A DNA stretch of 62,188 nt, counting the filler, from Choristocarpus tenellus KU-1152 (lineage: Eukaryota; Protista; Phaeophyceae), in NCBI GenBank assembly GCA_964200185.2. It is 12 parts of 12 records of this genome, joined end to end, with 100 filler letters (N's around TTAATTAATTAA, not from the genome) between each part and the next. Parts side by side here need not be neighbours in the genome. Positions count along the whole stretch, not along the records: positions 1 to 8,579 come from CAXNAD020004566.1; positions 8,680 to 15,213 come from CAXNAD020007919.1; 10 more parts are not named here. One strand, given 5' to 3'. The notes beneath the pieces are model-generated. The model had not been told where the DNA came from. It ran no database searches and saw nothing but the letters and a program-made list of their open reading frames with translations. The position numbers were made by a program, and so were the translations under genes. Positions 1 to 11,700 of the stretch are shown here, piece after piece; the first letter of the stretch is position 1, and each line of letters starts with the position of its first letter.

Positions 1-1102
1 CATATGCTGAAGGGAAAAAGTGCTGCTCATGACGAGCAAATCATTGCCCTCCCCCCCCTGTTGTATGTGACGTTAAAAAAAAAAAGGTACAGCTTTTAAA
101 TAAATTATTCCAACTACAACAAAAACACCATCTAGGATATCGAATCAAAAGCCGGCGGAAGAAGAAAAACAAAAAACACACACGCACACACAAGAGCCAC
201 TAGTGCAAACCCTTCCCCTCCCCTCCCCACCCCCTTGCATCGCTTTTAAAACCTTCCTTGCCTTCACCCATTCAATTTAACAAAACAAGATGATGAATGC
301 TCATTGGTTCACACAACAGTAATAGCAGTGAATGCATTAACCCTAACCCTAACCATCTACCGTATGACTTGTGACAGGTTAGTAGTTACAAATACCACCA
401 ACCCTAACCCCTAGTATGTACGTACACCCTAAAAACCACAAGGACAGCTACCTCACAACACAACAGAAAGGTTTGTCACTAAAAAGGTACAGTCCAGCAC
501 GAGGGGCAACATAAACATTGAAGAGAGCTGTCCTGAGAAACGCCTCCACACTTTCTCCTTTGAAGCCCCTTCTGAGCAACTACACCTTGCGAGGCGCACT
601 CAACGGCACCTTGATGCTGAACACTGACTCTCTCTCTCTCTCTCTCTCTCCACTGCCATCAAAAGAAAAAATTCAGTACCCCCTCTGCAGCAACAGCTGC
701 CTACAACTATTAATAGTAAAAAAAAAAAACTTGCTCCTCTTCACTACTACTAACTCTCCACTTGGAACTAGAGGAAGAGTACCAGGGAGGGGTGGGATGA
801 TGGATGGATACCAGTGCCTATTACTCCTTGGACACTTTCGCTCAAATTCAAATTTCCAATTGAAACAGAAGTGAAGACCAAAACCACTTCCAAGTACTAC
901 GCTCTCTCTCTCTCTCTCTCTCTCTTCTTTTTATGTTTTTCTTTTTTTAAAGTTCATTCTCGTACTACCCAGAAGATTACAATTCCTACGCTGCCCAAAG
1001 CAAGACGAACAACAGAGTGCACTTAAACTAACACGGAACACGCATGGGGTACATCACTAACCCTAACCCTAACCCTATCATTATCCCTATCACCACCACC
1101 AC

Positions 1103-2674
1103 CTGAGAGAGTTGGCTCCCCCTGAAAGCGTCATTGAGCCCCAAATCTGTTCCACCACTCCTCCCCACTCAGAAGCAAGCCTCGATCCCTTGCTGTAAAT
1201 CCTACACGAGGATGGAGGGGCCAGGAGGAACATAAAGGCATACATACAGACAGGGACCAAACACAGTAATACAGGTTAAAAGTGACCGTCTCAACTATCA
1301 ACCTTATATATATATATACACATATATGTACATACATATATTACCTAGTTCTACAAGGACACAGTGGTGCTACAGTACTAGTAGTGCTGGGTCCACATCC
1401 AGCTCTGGTCTCAGTACATACACTACCATGTCAGGTCTGGGTGAAGTACGAGCTCTCGTTGAGCCACGTGTCAGAATGCGGTGGAGGGACAGGAAAGTAA
1501 AGGACTTTTTCTTCCACTCTTCTACAGCAACAAAATGCCTCATCATCATCCCACAAAAAAAAATAGTAACGCACAACAGGACAAAAACCCCAAAAATAAA
1601 ACACCACATCACAACATATTTGGCATGTTCTATTCCTCCTACAGGAGCCTTATTGACACAACGTTTCCTTGCAAAAAGCGATAGTCCAACTGCAGTGCTT
1701 GTACTCACTGCTCATGCATTCAGGAGAGACAAACACTACCATGTAACCCTAACCCTAAGCCCATTCCTCAACACCGTATAATACTATAGATACACACTAT
1801 CCTGGCCGCAGTTTCCTCATCACAAAAGCATTGTCTAAGACAGTGCGAAATTAGTGTTGTCAGCCAAAAGAGGTCACAGTTACAACAATCAAATCCACTT
1901 GGTAGGTCAGGGCTTAAAAAAAAAAGAGAGACCCAGACGAAAAAGGGCGCAGTAGAAAATACACTTTTTGTTCTGTTTGTTGTTCAAGTACGTATTACTG
2001 CACACAGGGTACCCCCCCCTCCCCCCCCCTCCCTCCAACTCTCACTTTTCAAAGGAAAACATTTCATCTCAAGACATTTAAAAAATACTCCTAATGCAAC
2101 ATTTTTCTTCAAAGTGAAGTGGCCGCTGGTCAACCCAACTGGTCCTCACCCCAGACATGTTATTGGATTTAGTCAAGTCAACGCAAGCACAGCGAAACTG
2201 AAAACAGCAGATTAGTGATGAAGAAGGGATCAGCACTTAAAAATAAAAAAACAAAAAGAGAACACAACACAACACAACACACACACATCACGCAGCGTGT
2301 TGAAATCTTCGAAATGGACATGCCTGTCAGCCCTGCGGATTATATCAGCCTCCCTCGACTTCACATTCAGCAGGTCATGGAAGTAAGTTCCCATGCCTGC
2401 CCCCAGCGCCCATGAACACGCAGAGTGTGCTATCCGGTGGTGCCCAAACCCCATGCGGATCGTACCCACTACCACTGTGCCCCCCCTTGATGCCCTGATT
2501 GCAAGACGGGGTGCCAACCCCTTGACCCCTCCCCCCTTTGCTGATAGGGCTGCAGCTGAAGGTGCATCTGAGTTCACCCGAAGGTCAGCCACATAGGGGG
2601 ATGGGGTGGCCTCCAGAGGGATGGGAACCACCTCTGGGGGCTTGGATGCAGAAGCTCCAAGTCCTGCTGCCATC
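1103..2674 (-). CDS. Partial gene, GT-B-fold glycosyltransferase-like protein (MurG/MGDG-synthase-like G-x-G-H-x-R motif); exons 2674-2324 and 1201-1103; 5' end uncertain, 3' exons not found in window
   Basis: Exon ...VVVGTIRMGFGHHRIAHSACSWALGAG...YFHDLLNVKSREADIIRRADR joins in frame through a GC-AG intron to IYSKGSRLASEWGGVVEQIWGSMTLSGGANSLR. Confidence 0.65.
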
Positions 2675-3360
2675 CTAGAAAGTTTTTATGCGTGTGTATG
2701 TTGCAGTGATGAGGAGGGTATTTAATATGGGGGGGGAATTAATGCAAGATGTGATAATTTAATCAACGAAGGAGTTCTGGGTTGAGGAACAAACAAGAAT
2801 AGGGTGTATCTGTCTCTTTGCCTGAGTATGTCCAGATACATGTAGGTCATGCTAGCTGTATTTTTTACAGGGTAAAGTGTGTTAAAAGTGTGTGTGTGGG
2901 TTGTTGGCCCTGTGACATATAAGCAAGGAAAGAGCTGGCAAGGTTGACAGATAACCTTGGCCATCCCAACTGCTGTGTATCAGTGAGTCATGGATACCAT
3001 TTCTTCTTTTTGGAGTTGATAGCATTCATTATAAGTTGGCAAAGCACTATCTTTGATTCTATCAGATAATGCAACAACACACACAAGAACATACACACTC
3101 ATTTTAAACAAGATTTACCACAATTGTAATACATATCAGATCAGGTAAGACTCATGGATATTACCCGCCTTCTCCACAGTCTTGATAAGGTTACCTTGAC
3201 GTTTGCTACGAAAAACGGTTTTCGCATACTGCTGAGACTATTCTCGCCATGAATACTCGCTTTCGAAACTCAAACACAATTTGACCAGACCAATAAACAC
3301 ATAAACCTTCCATCATCACACATTCCACACCATGCAGCACAACTAATTGCAGACCAAGAA

Positions 3361-4340
3361 TCATATTGACCCCACCATCCATGTAAACGAGCCCATTACT
3401 CTCTCATCCCTCCCTATCCAAGATGAGTACCACATGCCCACACACCAGTGCATTAAGGTCACATAAACCCTATCCTTGAGCCTGGGCTGCTTGTGGATGA
3501 AACCGTCAACGCTGAGGGCGTTGCGCTTCACCATTGATCCGTAAGCCATGCTGAAGTAAATGATGATCAAAATGACGATCACGGGCACCACTCGGAGCAC
3601 CCACAAGAGCTGCCACACGATCGAGGGGGAGGGCAGAGGCGGCGAAAGAAGAGATCCAATAAAGATTTGGAGGGAGTACGTCTTGATGGTAGAGTTTGAA
3701 ATAGTAGGTACAGAATATCATACCACAGTAGCATCTCGCTGGCGACAAACGAGTTTTCTCCACATCGCCCTGCTTTCGAAAAGCTCCTGAGAACCTCCCC
3801 TGCTCCATGCAAGCATCATCATATTTACTCTATCCAAATGCCCTGGAGGTGCTGTCCAGAAATATTCGCCATGGAAAAGGAAGGGCGTGATAATAGCAGT
3901 CGCCTCAAAGAGTCTTCCTTTTGAGTCTTGCCTACTCGCTTGAGCGAATAACAAGAAGTAATGGGAGGTTGCTGTACTCCACACCAACGCCAACTTCAAC
4001 GTGACAACCATCAATAGCCAGTGCACTTATTCCAGACTACAGCTGCATGAACCTCAACCCTGAGATCATTCAATGCATTCCCTCCTACTGCTCAAGACGT
4101 ACCTGTTGTGGTATTACTGGGAGAAATTCTGTAGAGTAGACGGCAGCGCCAACTACAACAATTAGTACCCCCTCCTGGACGAGGTATGAGGCCATAGTGC
4201 GCGCCATGACCTGCCCAATGAGAAGATACTGATAAATAAACGGCAGTGCGTTATTGATGGGGTGAGATGCGAGCACTCTAGTGCAGGTGCACTGCCTGGT
4301 TGAAGATCCAAGCCAATGCAATGCCCACATTATTGAGGTC
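3361..4340 (-). CDS. Putative spliced multi-pass membrane protein or fragment; identity unknown
   Basis: Hydrophobic segments with plausible splice boundaries: VMARTMASYLVQEGVLIVVVGAAVYSTEFLP, LALVWSTATSHYFLLFAQ, LFEATAIITPFLF, LLWVLRVVPVIVILIIIYFSMAY. Exon structure is ambiguous. Confidence 0.35.
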
Positions 4341-4994
4341 TTTGTTGAGGAACATGATATATGATATGATATTGTTACACTCTGTGCGACCCCTTCCTAG
4401 AATTTTCTTCACATCACCAACACCATTACCCCCAATAGATCTAACAATTCTTTTATCTTGGTCTTCCCTTCTACGCGGGGGGAGACAATGTGGAGGGTGC
4501 TGGGACTCACCTTTCTATCTCTTCAAGTTGTGCACAACCGTACACACATGTCAATCTAACTTTGGGTTTGAGGCATGTAAGGTTAGGGAAGTTGTGAAGA
4601 TAAAAAATAATATAATTCTACAAAATACGACATTACATAGAATAGTACGTTTTGCAGTAAATAGTGAAAAAAGAGTCGAATAGAACACTGTCAAATATAG
4701 TATATTTATTATCCCTGACCTAAACTCTACTACTTTTATTTAGTATCACACTTGCACAACCTTTTCGTACATTGTATAGAGTAAGAGGGACAATCGTACA
4801 GTGGTGTGGTGGCATGTCCAAGTAGTAGTTGTAGAGGTAGATGAAACGATTTTTTCTTGGGGACGAAAACAGCGACCCGAGTAGGCTCTCCCTGCCCTTT
4901 AACCCCATTTCCTTACCACCCTCTGCGAAAATTGTTGTTCATCCCGTAAACATCGATTGAGGAGAGACTGATACAAAACTCCTTCATAGCATCA

Positions 4995-7900
4995 ATGCCT
5001 GAAGAGGCTGGCTGTGACATTCATGCGTCTGATGAGGCCAAGGATTTCTGTTCTGTCATACCCGAGGCTGACGTGTTGGGGATACGCGGAGAACCGGAAA
5101 GGCTGCTCCCATCCTGGCATTTAGTCTTGACTGCTTTCTGTATGTCCCAGGCGGTGAACGAGGTCATGGGCGTGTTGGATGTATTAGTGGATATACTAGA
5201 GAGTACCCCTGTCTCGGAATTGGAGATCTACCGCGAAGAGTTCGCCAAGGGCGTGGACAGCAAGCGAGCAAGCACACCAGAGATTTTCGTGCCCATTGGT
5301 CAGTGTCCCAGCCTCGTCTTGTCTTGCGCCTTACACACGTTGCCGTCAACTGTCACATGCTCAGCACGCCCCATGCAAAATGCAAGCCATAGGGGCCTTA
5401 CCTATGGGTCAGACACGTTGGTTGTAGAGCAACAGAGTCCAGAGATTTGGCGTCCTAAATGCTGTTGTGATAAGACAGACCGTTTCTCCTACATCAAGCG
5501 TTACTCTGCCTGAGGCTACACACGTAGTAAGACAAAAAAGAGGATTGGAAGAGCTTTATTTATGCACCAGCAGCATACACGCTAGGGTATCCCACATTTT
5601 TTTTCAGGAGATGATAGTGGTCATCTCCTCAGCTTTGTCACCAAAATTTACCTAGCACTTGTGTTTCCCTTTGAACAATAAATGATAACCACTTGGTGCA
5701 AACACTTGTCGCTGTATTTGGTTCTACTGTTCCTCCACCAAGTTCAGTGGATCGCATGATAGCTTCGCTTGTGGCCACTTACTTGAAGATTGAGCCAACA
5801 ACAGCAATATACTTCACGGAACACATACTTCAGGTAAATTTAAATCGGAGAGTGCTGATGCTCTATTCCTTGCTGACCTGGTTGGGCACATCCTAGTTTT
5901 CCCATCATAGACCCTAACTAGAAAGGTTACAGCTTACAATGGGCACCGGTTGGTGGCATCCCCGAGTATTATGGGGATCAAGAACCTTTTCTGCTGTCGA
6001 TACGGAATGAAATGATGCATTTTTACAACCTCTTGCCCATTTTCCAAACAACAGAAAAATATAGTTGGAGTCGTGTTCTAGTGCAAGACCTACTGAGGCA
6101 TCACATTGTCATTTATCTATAACTATATGCCAAAATAAGCTCTGATAGGAAAACAATTCTGATCATGAACTTTGGTACAACTTTCCCACAGAAATTAGTG
6201 CATCCCAGCCGAGGGTGAGCCCCATTTTCCTCTCACCAACAGCACCATTTCACGCCACTGCTTGGACAGGGTGTGTTCAGCTATATCTCACTCGCAGAAA
6301 ATAGCATTCTATGTGCTGTCAGCCATGAGTGGAAGGATGCGGCTGAAGCAGCATGCCTTTGGCGCCCAGCATATGAATGCTGTTTCAAGAAGCACCAGGT
6401 GGCAGATCTGACCTGTGACGCTAAGGGCATTTGGGAAAGTGTCTGGGGCAACAACGGCTCAAGGCACAATCTAAAAAAACGTGCTTCCTACAAGGAAGGG
6501 TTTCGTAGGCGCCTCAATGACCCCGAGGTAGGCAGATGGGAAGGGACTTTTCAGGAGGAGGGGGGGGGTTGTAACTCGATATAGTGGATGAACGCAAACT
6601 TGGATGCTTGTGCTCCTCTAAATGGTGAAATAGGTTTCACTATTGTTTCATGTATTCAGAGTGACTAGTGTGGTAGTACCACAGCCATGTACGCCTACTA
6701 GTTTCTTCAAGGTACTCTCTCCATATCCCCAAGAGGTCTCATTTCTGTGTGCACTTGTAGCAGACGATATGGCACCACACTTAATGACTCCACCGGCAGG
6801 TACTGTGATACCTACTATGTTGTACCACTCTAGTAATGGGTGTTGTTGGCTCTTTTCAAAGGAATCCAGAGTGTCTAGCCTGCTCTGGATGTGCTTGTTC
6901 AAGGGGTATTTATTTGCCCATCCTATGGTCATACGGTGTACTTGAAGCTATCTCTTCTTTTGGTAATTGTTAGACAAATCTTGGGTTCTTGTGCTCTCAA
7001 ACGTATGGCATAAGGTGGAAGACCAGATTGAGGTGTCATGGAGGGGGAAGTTCCGACTGGAGTCCCTGGAGATCTACAATGGTATGGCTTGGTGGATTGC
7101 TGTGGTTGTGGGGAAGGATGGAGAGGGGCAATATCAGGTATGCAAGAGGTATTGTATTATGTCCACAAATCCTAGCATGATATGGGTGCTATTGGTTCAC
7201 ACCTTGCAACAGGTTGCAAGCACCTGACCTAATTTAGTCGGGCATGTGGTAATAGAGTGCATATACCAAGGATAGAACTGCAAGGCCAAGACGTTTTGCT
7301 TGCGCAAGAGAAATACAAGAAAGGGGAGGGAGGGGGGGAGGTATTCTTGGATAGGGCTGACGAATCAACTATGGACGTCCTGATTGATGAGTTTAACATG
7401 TTTTGTATCCCACCAACACTCTTTTGGATAGAGCTGAGGGAGGGACCCCAGGAAAATCGCTTGAAGGTAAGCATGAAGTGAGGGTGGCTCTAGTGAGTAC
7501 AAAGACATCGCACTGAGTCATATCCTGTCTGAGCCTCATCCCACCTACGTTAGAGGATGGGCAAAGCTTGCTGGAGGCTGGCCGTCGCCAGTCCTCCTAA
7601 GTAGTTTACTGGCTCAAAAATAGCACCTAGCCTTGTCAGTTAAAACACCTAGCACATTCCGGTCACATTTTTGCAGACATTTTTTTTTTTTCCATATGTG
7701 CACCAGAATTAGCCATTGCCCATACTAGCCCACCACATCCCCGACAGTTTCAATTTCCTCACCCAAATGTCCATCTCTAAACTGGACTCTACACCAGGTT
7801 CACTACCCTGGTTGGGATTCTCGATGGGATGAGTGGGTTCCACGTTCCCGCCTGCGATGGGGCAATCGGCATAAGACGAGGGTCCTGGAGGGCTGTGAGC

Positions 7901-8271
7901 CCTGTGTTGGTGATGAGGTAGAGATGTGGTGCGGAGGCGTTAACGTCCCAGGGGCATGGCTAGAGGCAACGGTGAGTTCTGTGCAAGACAGCCGTCTCTA
8001 TCTGGGTGGTATCCTGACCTCGGGTCACTTCTGGGTGGATGCCAATCGTGTGCGTGTTGTGAAGAAGGGTTGTGTGGGAGGAACACAGGGGAAAGAGTCT
8101 TTTAGAAGAATAGAAGGGGAGGGTAGAGAGTGTGTGGACTTTTGTGTAGAAGATGGGTTGCCACCACCAATGGATAGCGAGAAGGATGCTTGTGCAAGTT
8201 TGGAGGCCTTGGTTGGGTGCACAGGGTGCAGCCCAGGTGGAGGAGGCCAGGGCGGGTGTACTGTGATGTGA
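4995..8271 (+). CDS. F-box-like + tandem Tudor/Agenet/chromo-barrel protein with C-terminal CaaX (CTVM); exons 4995-5298, 5748-5833, 6243-6527, 7015-7137, 7798-8271 (~423 aa)
   Basis: All four introns are GT-AG and phase-compatible. F-box-like VFSYISLAENSILCAVSHEWKDAAEAACLWR; Tudor-like VEDQIEVSW...WWIAVVV...YQVHYPGWDSRWDEWVPRSRLR; second repeat VGDEVEMW...GAWLEATV; ends GGCTVM*. Confidence 0.8.
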
Positions 8272-8579
8272 ATGGCAGGCATTGGGACCACCGTGCCAAG
8301 AGTGTACAGACTAGGGGGGGGGGAATAATCACATCTATATCTAGTGGGAGGAAGCCACTACGCATTGGAATGCAGCGAGTTTTGCACGCAGGAGTGAGTA
8401 AGCCCCATGTTGAGGGTTGTATGGGGAGACAAGCTTCAGAGTAGAACAAGCCGTGCATAAAGTAGAAGAATTTTGAGCAGAAGGAGGGGGGGGGGGGGGG
8501 GGGATTTGGAATTATGTTTAAATGCCATTATTTTCATATTTTCTGTTCTCTAAAAAACTGGATGATTGTCGTGATGGGA

Positions 8580-8679
8580 NNNNNNNNNNNNNNNNNNNNN
8601 NNNNNNNNNNNNNNNNNNNNNNNTTAATTAATTAANNNNNNNNNNNNNNNNNNNNNNNNNNNNNNNNNNNNNNNNNNNN
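8580..8679. other. Artificial contig linker (44N + TTAATTAATTAA + 44N); identical linkers at 15214-15313, 20463-20562, 24839-24938, 27652-27751, 31464-31563, 34483-34582, 38141-38240, 45035-45134, 53640-53739, 58635-58734
   Basis: Eleven identical 100-bp spacers carrying a six-frame-stop 12-mer; many contigs end in poly-C/G or repeat ends. Confidence 0.98.
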
Positions 8680-8778
8680 ACATAAGAAAACAGCTTCCCC
8701 CCCCCCCCCCCCCTCCAACTCCTGCTCCTAATCCCCTTTGTCCTACCCACTTCACTAGTCTCACTACAATAGTCTCAC

Positions 8779-11700
8779 CTTGAGAGCGCAACCGCAGTGT
8801 CCCTTAATGTGATGGCAGCCGAGGACCGGTTCAAGGCTGACCTGTCCCGAAGGAGGCCTTGGCACAGGCTCACTGCCTCAACAACCATTCCTCTACGGGC
8901 GGCTTTGTTGGACATATTACACACCACTTGAGCCCATTCCACACCCAAGAGGTCTGCTAGTCGACGGGCTCTGGCACCAGGAGAAGGTCAAGGAGAAGCA
9001 GTTCACATTAGACAGCAACGGCGGGAGGGTATGGGGGAGAGGCGGCAAGGGGGCAAGGGGGGGAAGCAGTTGTTCCCTCTGACTCAAACACCTCCATAAG
9101 AAATAATTTACATTATTATTACTACTACACAACAAATAACAAAAAAACAAAGTGCTGCAGTCGGTCTGAATAAAATAGGATTAAACTTGTTGGTACAGAA
9201 TAGGAGACATGGTTCAAAATTTTAAAATGCGATTTAATAGGTTAGAATTGTAGATTTGTCTTATTGAGCCAATAGGATGCATTTATTCAGTAAACACTGA
9301 TACATGTGTATCATTAATACTATTATTATTCACCCAGTAATTATTGATATTTGTGTATCATTATTACTATTCATTGATCTTAGCATCATTCCATCTCCAA
9401 CCATTATCCAAATCCACCCAACTCAAAACATACACATTATTATTAGTTACCCCAAACCCCAAATCAGTGTCCCAAACCACAATACTTGGCAGGTGGGACA
9501 CAAACCTCTGCCACATGAAGGAGAGAGGATGACCTCCCTTCGAAGCATCCACCACTCCCCCCGGCATGGTATAAGTTGAGGCAACTCCTTTCCTTCCGCC
9601 TTGAACAGCGTCAGACTCAACAAGACCTAACCTGGCACTTGCATAGGAAGGGGAAGATGGATCGGTACTTCCAAACCCACTGGAATGGGCAGCCTGGTCA
9701 AGTCACAAAAGAGCCAGGACAAAAAAATGAAGTGGGCAAACGGTATTGTAACGGTATTGTGTGACAGTATTGTAACTGTAACGGGATTGTGTGACAATAT
9801 TGTAACTGTAACGGGATTGTGTGACAGTATTGTAACTGTAACGGGATTGTGTGACAATATTGTAACTGTAACGGGATTGTGTGACAGTATTGTAACTGTA
9901 ACGGGATTGTGACAGTATTGCAACTGTAACGGGATTGTGCCTGGTGCTGTAGTGTTCAAGTTCACATTATAGTCCAATATTCTCATAGTAGCTACCTATA
10001 TAATGATTGGTGAGAGGAAATGGGGGCAGGATGGAGAGCATTCTGAATGAGGACACTATAGCTTCGCTGAAGTTTATCAAAATGGCTTCAATACCAAGTG
10101 AACATCCAAATAACATGTAGAGTCATCACAAATATCAAAGTGTACCAGCACATCCTGTTCTCTCCCTTATCTCTTACTTCATACATAAATCTACAGCAAA
10201 ACATCCACCCGATTAGAGTCACCCTTCTACTAATACCTCTCTTGTACTGTATTCATCATCCCATGTGCCACATGTGCCCTTCCCATCACCCTCCCACCTT
10301 CCCCACTAACCCCACCCCTCTCCCCCGGGTACATCCCACTCCTTGCTGCATACACCTCATCTCCCCATTCTCCATTTTTCTACCCCTCTGAAGAGCATCA
10401 CCTGACTTCTCAACATGTGCTCCTCCAGACTTAAGAGCTGCCCCTTGAGGATCATCCAGCATGCCTTCCCCCTTCCTCCCTCTCCGCTGTTGACCTCACT
10501 TGTAGATTCTAGAGTGGCCACCCAGGGGAACACACCAAACTCTGTCTGCAGAGCCTGCACTCTTTGCAAGTTGGCTGCTATTTCGGATAGGTTCACATAG
10601 GAAGATCTGTATTCACGCAAATGTAGACAACATTTGAAAGCGTTTGGCAATGGTTTGAGTGTGCAATAGTTTGAGTGCGTGTGGGAGAGTTATGGGAACA
10701 GTTTGAATGTGTGTAGGGGTACATGTGTAGGGGTACATGTTATGGGAGTGACAAAAGGATAGGCACCAATGGCACCAATGGTGAAATTAAATCGCTATCA
10801 TAAGAAAAAAGAAGAAGAGACAACAGACAGTACCACTAATGTACTACTAACGTAACACTGTACAACTGTACCCACACTAAAACAAAAACTTAATTTATTT
10901 GCACCCTACACAAACACACAACCTTGTAACCTTGTCCAAAAAAAGAACATACCTTCCACCCACAGACGGCCCTGACATTGAGCGTACCCATGGCTTCCCT
11001 CTCCCTCTCCCTCTACCTCCCCCTGTACCACCGACATTTGCCATGGTGCCTGGATGGCGTTGTGTCTCCCTCAAGAATGTCACTAATACTCCCGCAGCTG
11101 CTGCTGTAAACAGGGCCTCCTCAGCCTCAGATCCAGGCAGGGGACATGGGCGCCTCCCCTCCTCAGCCTCATACTGAACTACACAGCCATTGAGCTACTC
11201 AACCAGAGTCCTCAACAAGAGGTAGTGGCGGAGGAGGGGGGGGGGGATAAAGTCGTGTTAGGGTTAAGGCTCAACTGTAGTTGAACAAACAGTAGGTGCA
11301 ATAAAAAGTAAATATAATAACATATAGTAGGATTTGGTAGTATTAATATGTTAATGGGGGTGTGAGAGTGGAGCAGAGAATTGAAATGTTTAGAAAAAAA
11401 GGGTGCATCTGGGGTGTGTTTAGTAGTTGCCATTGATTACGACATCACCATGTGGACAAGTATGATTTGATTATTAGATGATCTGATGATTTGATTCCAT
11501 GCCTGGACAGTTACAGTGAAGAAATCTGACTGTTGACACAGAATGACTGACTGGCTGACTGAGTGGATGACATTACCTGGTAGACAAATAGGAGATGTAC
11601 GGTGAGTAGACAAATATACAAACAAGCAAACATATATTCTGAGTATAGAGTATTTAGAGTAGATAATTTTGAATCAGTCAATAACTTAAAAAAAGAGAAC

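Noticed and set aside
339-411. True telomere
   Set aside because: Only 2-3 units, scattered internally on many contigs.
3718-3720. In-frame TGA between two ORFs as selenocysteine or readthrough
   Set aside because: It falls inside a plausible GT-AG intron (GTG|GTATGA...GGCAG|CTC).
9627-9986. Repeat-protein ORFs (SHNPVTVTIL / VTVTGLCDSI)
   Set aside because: By-products of the 30-bp minisatellite inside a KNTC1 intron.
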